Assembly (NCBI GenBank): GCA_038239995.1
Contig: JBBSEE010000001.1
Coordinates: 1 to 29,594 of the forward strand
DNA: 29,594 nt
Direction of reading: 5' to 3'
From: Chloroflexia bacterium
GTDB lineage: Bacteria > Chloroflexota > Chloroflexia > QHBQ01
The notes beneath the pieces were generated by a model. That model was not told where the DNA came from, made no database searches, and was given only the letters and a program-made list of their open reading frames with translations. Made by a program: the position numbers and the translations under genes. Below are positions 1 through 7,165 of this stretch, piece by piece (position 1 is the stretch's first letter; every line of letters starts with the position of its first letter).

Positions 1-486
1 CAGGCGGTGCAGCAAGCCCTGAACCTAACCCGCGCCAACCTAGAGGAGACCCGCCGTTCGGTGCTGGACTTGCGGGCCGCCCCGCTGGAAGGGCGCAGCC
101 TTGCCGAGGCCCTCACCGCGCTGGCTGAGGCGTTGAAGCAGCAACACGTGCAGGTGGCCCTCACCACCGTAGGGGCGAACCAGCCGCTGCCGCCCCGCAT
201 CGAAGTGGGGATGTACCGCATCGCCCAAGAAGCCCTCACCAACATCGTGCAGCACGCCCACGCGCGGCGGGTCAACATCGAACTGAGCATCAGCGCGGCG
301 GGGGTGCGACTGCTGGTGCAGGACGATGGGGCAGGCTTCGCCCCCGACACAGTGACGGCGGGCCGCTACGGGCTGATTGGCCTCAACGAGCGGGCGCGGC
401 TGCTGGGTGGGCGGCTCGACTTGCAGACCACCCCCGGCGCGGGCACGCGGCTGGAAGTGAACGTGCCATTGGACAAACGTACATGA
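1..486 (+). CDS. Sensor histidine kinase, C-terminal part (HisKA_3/HATPase_c, NarX/LiaS-like); 5'-truncated by the window edge
   Basis: Frame is open from base 1. Motifs ETRRSVLDLR, YRIAQEALTNIVQH (N box), DDGAGF (G1), GLIGLNER (G2), GAGTRL. Stop overlaps the regulator start (ATGA). Confidence 0.9.
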   Translation, partial: QAVQQALNLTRANLEETRRSVLDLRAAPLEGRSLAEALTALAEALKQQHVQVALTTVGANQPLPPRIEVGMYRIAQEALTNIVQHAHARRVNIELSISAAGVRLLVQDDGAGFAPDTVTAGRYGLIGLNERARLLGGRLDLQTTPGAGTRLEVNVPLDKRT

Positions 487-1136
487 GCGAACCGATACGT
501 ATCCTCGTCGCCGACGACCATCCCGTGGTGCGCGAGGGGTTGGTGGCGATTCTCAGCACCCAACCCGACTTCCTCGTGGTGGGCGAAGCGGTCACGGGGC
601 GGGAGACGGTGGAGCGGGCCTTGACCCTGCGCCCCGACGTGCTGCTGCTCGACCTTGCGATGCCGGAGCTAGACGGAGTGGAGGCCTTGCGCCGGATACG
701 GGCGCGTAACCCCGCGATACATGTGATTGTGTTCACCGCCTTCGACACCGATGAGCGCATCCTCGACGCGGTGCGGGCGGGGGCGCAAGGTTATCTGCTC
801 AAGGGTGCCCCCCGCGAGGAGATATTCCGCTCCATTAGGGTGGTCAGCGCGGGTGGGGCGTTGCTGCAACCGATGGTCGCCTCCCGTCTGCTGCACCACC
901 TCAGCGAACGCGATGGCGACCTGCCCGGCCAGCGGCTAACCCCGCGCGAGCAGCAGGTGCTGGAACTGCTGGCGCAGGGCAAGGCGAACAAGGAGATTGC
1001 CGCCGCCCTCGTGGTCAGCGAACGTACCGTCAAGTTCCATGTCAGCACGGTGATGAAGAAGCTAGGGGCGGCCAATCGCACCGAGGCGGTCAGCATCGCC
1101 GCCCAGCGTGGGCTGATTGCGCTACACATTGCCTAA
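483..1136 (+). CDS. NarL/LuxR-family response regulator (REC + HTH)
   Basis: ADDHPVVREG, LLDLAMP phospho-Asp, GYLLK; C-terminal LTPREQQVLELLAQGKANKEIA...TVKFHVS. Confidence 0.95.
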   Translation: MSEPIRILVADDHPVVREGLVAILSTQPDFLVVGEAVTGRETVERALTLRPDVLLLDLAMPELDGVEALRRIRARNPAIHVIVFTAFDTDERILDAVRAGAQGYLLKGAPREEIFRSIRVVSAGGALLQPMVASRLLHHLSERDGDLPGQRLTPREQQVLELLAQGKANKEIAAALVVSERTVKFHVSTVMKKLGAANRTEAVSIAAQRGLIALHIA

Positions 1137-1137
1137 A

Positions 1138-1155
1138 CCTGTACCAAAGTACAGG
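1138..1155. promoter_or_regulatory. Palindrome CCTGTAC-CAAA-GTACAGG, candidate response-regulator binding site
   Basis: Perfect 7-4-7 inverted repeat about 94 nt upstream of the ankyrin gene. No U-tract follows, so a terminator is less likely. Confidence 0.45.
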
Positions 1156-1248
1156 CGGCAAACTGGCCCGATGCGCGATGCAGGCGGGCCGCGCAATTTG
1201 TTATCCTATAAGCGTGGCTAGCGAGACGCAGCCAGAGAGGGGACGAAA

Positions 1249-1743
1249 GTGAACAGTATTGACGATTTGATGACCGCCATCAAAGCGGGCGACGAGGCGA
1301 AGGTGGAGAAGTTGCTGGCGGATGACCCCCAGCTAGCTAGCGAGTACGACGCGCGAGGCCGCACCCCGCTGCACATCGCCGCCTACCTCGGCCACCGCGC
1401 GATTGCCGATTTGCTGCTGGTCAGCGGCGCGGACCTCCACGCCCGTTCGCGCAACGAGCTAAACAATCAGCCCCTGCATATGGCGGCGGCGGGTGAACAG
1501 GGCGAGATGCTGGCCCATCTCATCAGCAAGGGCGCGGATGTGAACTCACGCGAGATAGACGGCTACACCTGCATCCACGAGGCCGCCTTGCTGGGGCAAC
1601 TAGACATGGTGGAAACCCTGCTCGCCAACGGGGCGGAGATAAACAGCCGTAAGGATGACGGCAAGACTCCTTTGACCCTAGCAATCGAGAAGGGGCAAGA
1701 GCAGGCCGCCGCGTGGCTACGCCAACATGGCGGCATCGAATAG
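1249..1743 (+). CDS. Ankyrin repeat protein (about 4 repeats)
   Basis: GRTPLHIAA, QPLHMAA, YTCIHEAA, GKTPLTLA. GAGAGGGG Shine-Dalgarno (SD) sequence before the GTG start. Confidence 0.92.
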   Translation: MNSIDDLMTAIKAGDEAKVEKLLADDPQLASEYDARGRTPLHIAAYLGHRAIADLLLVSGADLHARSRNELNNQPLHMAAAGEQGEMLAHLISKGADVNSREIDGYTCIHEAALLGQLDMVETLLANGAEINSRKDDGKTPLTLAIEKGQEQAAAWLRQHGGIE

Positions 1744-1755
1744 AGGAGCGTAACG

Positions 1756-2469
1756 ATGAGCAAAGTTGCATTGATAACTGGCGCGAGTCGGGGGCTGGGT
1801 GAGGTGGTTGCCAGCTTCCTTGCCGCGCAGGGGTACGATGTGGTGATTACCGCGCGGGGCGAGGCCGCATTGCAGGCGGTGGCGGATAGGCTACGCGGCT
1901 ACGGTGGCGCGGTGGTCGCCCTAGCCGGGGATGTGGCCGACCCCGCGCATCGGCAGCGGCTGGCGCAGGCGGCGGCAGAGTTGGGCGGGCTGCACCTGCT
2001 GTTCAATGGCGCGTCTGACCTCGGCCCCAGCCCGATGCCCTATTTGGCCGACTACGACCTCGCGCGGCTGGCCGAGGTGCTGAAGGTCAACCTGCTATCG
2101 CCGCTGGGGCTGATACAGCAGACCCTGCCGCTGCTCAAGGATAGTGGCGGGCTTGTAGTGAACATCTCCTCCGACGCAGCGGTGGCGGGCTACGAGGGCT
2201 GGGGCGGCTATGGGGCTAGCAAGGCGGGGCTAGACTTGCTCTCCCTCACCCTTGCCCACGAACTGAGCGGCAGCGCGGTCAGTGTGGTGGCAGTTGACCC
2301 CGGCGATATGCGTACCCAGATGCACCAAGATGCCTTCCCCGGCGAGGACATCTCCGACCGCCCCCTGCCCGATGTGACCCTGCCCTTCTGGGCGTGGCTG
2401 CTGGGCCAAGAGCGGGCGGCGATAAACGGCAAGCGTTATCAAGCCCAAGCGGAGCGGTGGGAGGTTTAG
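1756..2469 (+). CDS. Short-chain dehydrogenase/reductase (SDR)
   Basis: TGASRGLG Rossmann motif, NISS, YGASK catalytic motif, DPGDMRT. SD AGGAG. Confidence 0.93.
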   Translation: MSKVALITGASRGLGEVVASFLAAQGYDVVITARGEAALQAVADRLRGYGGAVVALAGDVADPAHRQRLAQAAAELGGLHLLFNGASDLGPSPMPYLADYDLARLAEVLKVNLLSPLGLIQQTLPLLKDSGGLVVNISSDAAVAGYEGWGGYGASKAGLDLLSLTLAHELSGSAVSVVAVDPGDMRTQMHQDAFPGEDISDRPLPDVTLPFWAWLLGQERAAINGKRYQAQAERWEV

Positions 2470-2470
2470 G

Positions 2471-3547
2471 GTGAAGAGTGATGTGCTATACTTCGACCGC
2501 CCCGCCGCCCTGCAAGCGACCGCCCCCGCCGAGACGCGGGGATTGGCGCGGGACGAGGTGCGCCTGCTGGTCAGCACCCCGCGCGGCCACACCCACGCCC
2601 GCTTCGACGAACTGGCCCGCTTCCTCTGCCCCGGCGACCTGCTAGTGGTGAACACCAGCGCGACCCTGCCCGCCAGCCTGCCCGCCGCGCACAAGGATGG
2701 TGAGTTCATCGTCAATCTATCCACCCGCTACGGCGCGGGGCTGTGGCTGGCCGAACCGCGCTACAGTGCCGCCCAACCCGGCCCCCTCCCCCTATACGCG
2801 GGCGACAGGCTGCGGGTGGCCGATTTGCCCGCGCGGCTGGTCGCCCCCTATCCCGCTATCCCCCGCCTGTGGTTCATCCACTTCGACGGCGATATCGCGA
2901 CGGCGATGGCGCGGCATGGGCAGCCGATACGCTACGGCTATATGCCGCATCGCTACCCCCTATCCGCCTACCAGACCATCTTCGCCCACGTGCCGGGCAG
3001 CGCGGAGATGCCCTCAGCGGCCCGCCCCTTCACCCCCCGCGTGCTGGACTCGCTGCGGGCGCGGGGGGTGGCCCTTGCGGAGATTACCCTGCACACCGGG
3101 GTGAGCAGCCTCGAAGTGGAGGCGGAGGAGATAGAGCAGCACCCCCTCTACGCCGAGCCGTTCGCTGTCCCCGCCACCACCGCTGAGGCAGTCAACGCGA
3201 CGCGGGCAGGGGGGCGGCGGGTCATCGCGGTTGGCACTACCGTGGTGCGGGCCTTGGAGTCGGCGTGGGATGGCGGGCAAGTCCGCGCCGCGCGGGGCTT
3301 CACCCGCCGCTATGTGCATCCCGCGCAAGGGGTGCATACGATTGATGGGCTGCTCAGTGGCCTGCACGACCCGATGGCGAGCCACTTGGCGATGCTCTAC
3401 GCGGTTGCGGGCGAACCGCTCATCCGTGAGGGTTACGCGGCAGCGATTGCCGCAGGCTACTTGTGGCATGAGTTCGGCGACAGTCATCTGATATTGCCAG
3501 AGAGGAAGATAAACCATGAACCGAGCCGAGTTCGGGGCGTGGATTGA
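2471..3547 (+). CDS. S-adenosylmethionine:tRNA ribosyltransferase-isomerase (QueA) family protein, divergent QueA-like paralog
   Basis: RDEVRLLV, GDLLVVN, YQTIFA, TLHTG, IAVGTTVVRALES and FGDSHLI map onto QueA blocks, but several core QueA motifs are altered (see findings). Confidence 0.88.
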   Translation: MKSDVLYFDRPAALQATAPAETRGLARDEVRLLVSTPRGHTHARFDELARFLCPGDLLVVNTSATLPASLPAAHKDGEFIVNLSTRYGAGLWLAEPRYSAAQPGPLPLYAGDRLRVADLPARLVAPYPAIPRLWFIHFDGDIATAMARHGQPIRYGYMPHRYPLSAYQTIFAHVPGSAEMPSAARPFTPRVLDSLRARGVALAEITLHTGVSSLEVEAEEIEQHPLYAEPFAVPATTAEAVNATRAGGRRVIAVGTTVVRALESAWDGGQVRAARGFTRRYVHPAQGVHTIDGLLSGLHDPMASHLAMLYAVAGEPLIREGYAAAIAAGYLWHEFGDSHLILPERKINHEPSRVRGVD

Positions 3548-3890
3548 GCGGCTGGGACAGGCATGGGAAGCGAGTGACCCCGACGCGGCCACCGCCCTGT
3601 TCACCACCGATGCCCGCTATCACGAAAACCCTTTCGCCGCCCCAATGCAGGGCCAAGCAGCCATCCGCGAGTATTGGGCCGATGTGCCGCGCAGCCAGCG
3701 CGAGATTAGCTTCCAGTTCGACATCCTGCTGGTCGAGGGTGATAGCTGCATCTTCCACTGGCGGGCCAGCTTCACCCGTATCCCCAGCGGCGCGGCGGTA
3801 CGGCTGGACGGCGCGACCCTCATATCGCTGAACCCGCAAGGCCAATGCTACCTCCTGCGCGAGTGGTGGCACCGGGAAGAACAGTTATGA
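3516..3890 (+). CDS. NTF2-like / SnoaL-like domain protein
   Basis: AWEASDPDAATALFTTDARYHENPFAAPMQGQAAIREYW and the C-terminal LREWW pattern. Overlaps the upstream gene by 32 nt. Confidence 0.85.
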   Translation: MNRAEFGAWIERLGQAWEASDPDAATALFTTDARYHENPFAAPMQGQAAIREYWADVPRSQREISFQFDILLVEGDSCIFHWRASFTRIPSGAAVRLDGATLISLNPQGQCYLLREWWHREEQL

Positions 3891-3907
3891 GTTTTGAGTT
3901 TTGAGTT
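3889..3907 (+). repeat. Heptamer tandem repeat (GAGTTTT)n directly at the stop codon
   Basis: gagtttt gagtttt gagtt. Confidence 0.8.
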
Positions 3908-3912
3908 ATAAT

Positions 3913-3995
3913 AGGAGTTACGCAGGTGGCGGGTGGAATTATGCCTAATGACGTAGGGGCGAATCGCATCCGCCCTGCCCAACTGCGTAACTCCT
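3913..3995 (+). mobile_element. MITE family A copy 1 (16-bp TIRs, internal GTAG REP)
   Basis: AGGAGTTACGCAGGTG...CAACTGCGTAACTCCT. Flanks TTATAAT/ATATAAT. REP gtaggggcgaatcgcatccgccc at 3953-3975. Confidence 0.8.
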
Positions 3996-4002
3996 ATATA
4001 AT

Positions 4003-4042
4003 AGGAGTTACGCAGTTGCAGGCGGATTATGCCGGTTGGCGG
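4003..4042 (+). mobile_element. MITE family A truncated copy (left end only), in tandem with copy 1
   Basis: AGGAGTTACGCAGTTG followed by caggcggattatgccggttg, similar to the 18915-18996 copy. No right TIR found. Confidence 0.6.
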
Positions 4043-4060
4043 TCATCCACGTCTAATTAG

Positions 4061-4328
4061 GTAGGGTGGGCGGCCTGCCCTGCTGAAGAGTATCAATTGC
4101 CACTTGGAGCCAGCAACATAGACAGTTATACCAATTAGCTGAGGAGATGGTATAATTTGTGTAGGGGCGCAGATTTATTGCGCCCATCCGTTTTTCCCAG
4201 CACCATAACTAATTGGTAACAGTTATTATCCTGTCCGCTTGTCCGCTTTCAAGTCCGCTGGCGGTAAGTTCGTCGCTCAAGATGAACATTGATATAGGCT
4301 AACAGGGTGGGCCGCCGCCCACCCCTAC
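4061..4328. repeat. Inverted pair of GTAG REPs (4061-4080 +, 4303-4328 -) bracketing MITE B; REP-doublet-like
   Basis: gtagggtgggcggcctgccctg on + and gtaggggtgggcggcggcccaccctg on -. Confidence 0.6.
4129..4218 (+). mobile_element. MITE family B (10-bp TIR TACCAATTAG, 7-bp flanking direct repeat ACAGTTA, internal GTAG REP)
   Basis: ACAGTTA at 4122-4128 and 4219-4225. TIRs at 4129-4138 and 4209-4218. REP at 4161-4185. Confidence 0.7.
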
Positions 4329-4388
4329 CCATCCGTTGGCGCGTCCGTTTTCTACCAACTGCGATTGTAACGTAAAAGGGAGGAACCG

Positions 4389-5204
4389 ATGTGGAATCCG
4401 GAGCAGTACCACCGCTACAGCGACGAGCGTAGCCGCCCCTTCTATGAGTTGCTGGCGCAGGTGCGGCTTGACGATCCGCGCGTGATTGCCGACCTCGGCT
4501 GCGGGTCGGGCGAGTTGACCGCCGTGCTAGCCCAACGCTGGCCGTCCGCCCGCATCTATGGAGTGGACAACTCGGCAGAGATGCTGGCCGCCGCCCAGCC
4601 CCACACCATTGCGGGGCGGCTCACCTTCGCGCATGGCGACCTCGCCACATGGTCGCCGCCCGCGCCGCTGGACTTGCTGTTCTCCAACGCGGCCCTCCAC
4701 TGGGTGCCGGAGCATCACCAACTGCTGCCCCACCTAGTCGGCCTGCTCGCGCCTGCGGGGGTACTCGCCTTCCAAGTGCCGGGTAACTTCGACCAGCCCA
4801 CCCATACTATTCTGGCGGAGCTACGCACCAGCCCGCGCTGGGCCGCCCAAGTGGGCAACGGGGTAGTCCGCAGCGGCAGCGTACAGTCGCTGGCATGGTA
4901 CTTCGAGTTGCTGACGGGGTTGGGGATGAGGATGGATGCGTGGGATACTACCTACCTGCACGTGCTGCAAGGCGAGGATGCCGTCCTAGATTGGGTGAAG
5001 GGCACGGCACTACGCCCCGTGATTGCCGCACTGGATGAGGCCGAGCAGGTCGAGTTCATCGCCGAGTACGCGGCGCGGCTGCGTGATGCCTACCCTCGCC
5101 GCGACTATGGCACCCTACTCCCCTTCCGCCGCCTCTTCGTGGTAGCAGAAAAGATTTTAGATTTTGGATTAGGGTTACGCGGTTGCGGGTGGATTTGTAC
5201 CTGA
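4389..5204 (+). CDS. tam: Trans-aconitate 2-methyltransferase; last ~16 codons come from the repeat element
   Basis: MWNPEQY...ERSRPF, DLGCGSG, SNAALHWV, WVKGTALRP, PFRRLFVVA. SD AGGAGG. Confidence 0.93.
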   Translation: MWNPEQYHRYSDERSRPFYELLAQVRLDDPRVIADLGCGSGELTAVLAQRWPSARIYGVDNSAEMLAAAQPHTIAGRLTFAHGDLATWSPPAPLDLLFSNAALHWVPEHHQLLPHLVGLLAPAGVLAFQVPGNFDQPTHTILAELRTSPRWAAQVGNGVVRSGSVQSLAWYFELLTGLGMRMDAWDTTYLHVLQGEDAVLDWVKGTALRPVIAALDEAEQVEFIAEYAARLRDAYPRRDYGTLLPFRRLFVVAEKILDFGLGLRGCGWICT

Positions 5205-5265
5205 TGACGTAGGGGCGAATCGCATCCGCCCTGTCCAACTGCGTAACTCGTATCCAAAATCTAAA
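5156..5265 (+). mobile_element. MITE family A copy 2 (5170-5251) with inverted heptamer flanks
   Basis: Same REP core at 5209-5231. Degenerate left TIR, right TIR CAACTGCGTAACTCGT. Flanks TTTAGATTTTGGAT / ATCCAAAATCTAAA are a perfect 14-bp inverted pair. Confidence 0.75.
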
Positions 5266-5780
5266 CTCGCCTTCAGCCCCACCGCCTGTATCAGTGACTT
5301 GTTTACCCCCGCCACCGGGGCTTGCATGGTGATATGCGGCTTGGCGAGGAAGCTGATGTTCACATCGGTAATCGGGGTGAAGTTCACGCCGGGCAGTTCC
5401 AGCAGCACGTCGCGGATGTTCATGCTGACGTTGGCAAAGTGGGCACTGCCGCTCATCTCAAAGTTGGGCAGGATGAAATAGAGTGGCACCTGCTTCTTGG
5501 CAACGTAGGCGTAGAACCGCTGGCGAGGCGATTGGTCGAGGTCATCGTGGGGGATGATGAACAGAATGGCACTCTTGTTAATCCGCAGGGCACTGATAGA
5601 CATCGCTTGGGTGAGCGAACCGTGCAGGTTGGTGCTGGTCACGTCACTGAGCATCAGGGCCGAGGTCGAGGTATTCATCTCATCGAGCAAGCGGGTCTGG
5701 CGCGAGGTGGTGTAGCCAGTGATGCGGTGGTCAACCGTGAACAACTCCACCATCATCCGATTCTCTGGTGTAGGGTACAT
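5175..5780 (-). CDS. Hypothetical protein (resembles DUF6812-type two-repeat proteins); C-terminus extends into the MITE
   Basis: GGAGG SD 5 nt before ATG. Two similar beta-rich halves (HRITG...RLLDEMN; FEMSGSAH...RDVLL). Family name is from memory only. Confidence 0.7.
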   Translation of the reverse strand: MYPTPENRMMVELFTVDHRITGYTTSRQTRLLDEMNTSTSALMLSDVTSTNLHGSLTQAMSISALRINKSAILFIIPHDDLDQSPRQRFYAYVAKKQVPLYFILPNFEMSGSAHFANVSMNIRDVLLELPGVNFTPITDVNISFLAKPHITMQAPVAGVNKSLIQAVGLKASLDFGYELRSWTGRMRFAPTSSGTNPPATA

Positions 5781-5854
5781 AAACGCCTCCCATCATCGGG
5801 GAACAAGCCGATAATATAGCATTATAATGCAGGCTGATGAAGAAGGCAAGAGGG

Positions 5855-7165
5855 CTAACGTATCACCTCGCCAGTAAGCGGCGGCGGGGCAATCGGTTGG
5901 GGGCTGAATTGGTAGGCGGCCAGCAGTTGGGGGGCGATATGCTGCGCCGTCGCCTCGTCAGCGGCGTGGATGGTGAGCAGCGGTTCGCCCGCTTGCACCG
6001 CATCGCCCACCTTCTGGTGCAACACGAAGCCGACCCGTAGGTCTATCTGCGCCCCTTTCACCGTGCGCCCCGCCCCCAACGCGACACTGGCCCGCCCCAG
6101 CATCTCCGCATCTAGTGAGGATATGTACCCTGTGGACGGGCTGGGCAGCGGGGTCTGCTGCGGGGCGGTGGGCAGCCGAGCGGGGTCGTCAATCACCCGC
6201 ACATCGCCGCCCTGATTGATCACCATCTGGCGCAGCATCTCTAGGGCTGCCCCCGATGCGCGGGCTTGATTGAGGCGAGCATCCGCATCGGCTGCATCGC
6301 CCGCCACCCCTGCCATCAGCAACAACTCGCGGCCCAGATGTACCGCCTCGTCCCAAAGGTCAGCAGGCCCACCCCCACGCAAGGTCTCCACCGCCTCCCC
6401 CACCTCTAGCGCGTTGCCAATCGCCCACCCCAGCGGCTGGTCCATGCCCGACAGCACCGCGGCCACAGGTAGGCCCACCTGTCGGCCCAACGCCACCATC
6501 TGCGCGGCCAGCGCGGTGGCCTGCTCAAGCGTCTTCATGAACGCGCCCCGCCCATGCTTCACATCCAGCACCACCCCGCTCGCCCCTGCCGCTATTTTCT
6601 TCGACATGATGCTGGCGGCAATCAGCGGTAGCGCGTCCACCGTGCCGGTCACATCGCGCAGGGCATACAGCTTGCCGTCCGCGGGGGCGAGGGCGGCGGA
6701 TTGAGCGGTAATCACGAGGCCAACCCGCCGTACCGCGTCAATGAATTGGTCGGGGTCGAGGTTGACGTTGAAGCTGGGGATGGACTCCAGCTTATCAATC
6801 GTGCCCCCGCTGAAGCCGAGGCCGCGCCCGCTCATCTTGCCAATCGGCACCCCCGCGGCGGCGACCGCGGGGGCGACTACCAATGTGGTCTTGTCGCCCA
6901 CCCCGCCGGTGCTGTGCTTGTCGCCAATGAAGGGTAGGCCGGTGGCACGGCGTAGGTCGAGGTGTTCGCCGCTGGCTACCATCTCCATCGTCAAGGCGGC
7001 GGTTTCGGTCGGGTTCAGCCCCCGCAGCACGATTGCCATCAGCCATGCGGATATTTGGTAGTCGGGAATGTTGCCGCGCGTGTAACCCTGTATCATGTAG
7101 GAGATTTGCTCACGGCTGAGGGTCTGACCATCACGCTTGGCGATGATGATGTCCACCGCGTTCAT
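5855..7165 (-). CDS. pdp: Pyrimidine-nucleoside / thymidine phosphorylase
   Basis: DKHSTGGVGDK, MSGRGLGFSGGTIDKLE, DGKLYALRDVTG, ASIMSKKIA. Confidence 0.96.
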   Translation of the reverse strand: MNAVDIIIAKRDGQTLSREQISYMIQGYTRGNIPDYQISAWLMAIVLRGLNPTETAALTMEMVASGEHLDLRRATGLPFIGDKHSTGGVGDKTTLVVAPAVAAAGVPIGKMSGRGLGFSGGTIDKLESIPSFNVNLDPDQFIDAVRRVGLVITAQSAALAPADGKLYALRDVTGTVDALPLIAASIMSKKIAAGASGVVLDVKHGRGAFMKTLEQATALAAQMVALGRQVGLPVAAVLSGMDQPLGWAIGNALEVGEAVETLRGGGPADLWDEAVHLGRELLLMAGVAGDAADADARLNQARASGAALEMLRQMVINQGGDVRVIDDPARLPTAPQQTPLPSPSTGYISSLDAEMLGRASVALGAGRTVKGAQIDLRVGFVLHQKVGDAVQAGEPLLTIHAADEATAQHIAPQLLAAYQFSPQPIAPPPLTGEVIR

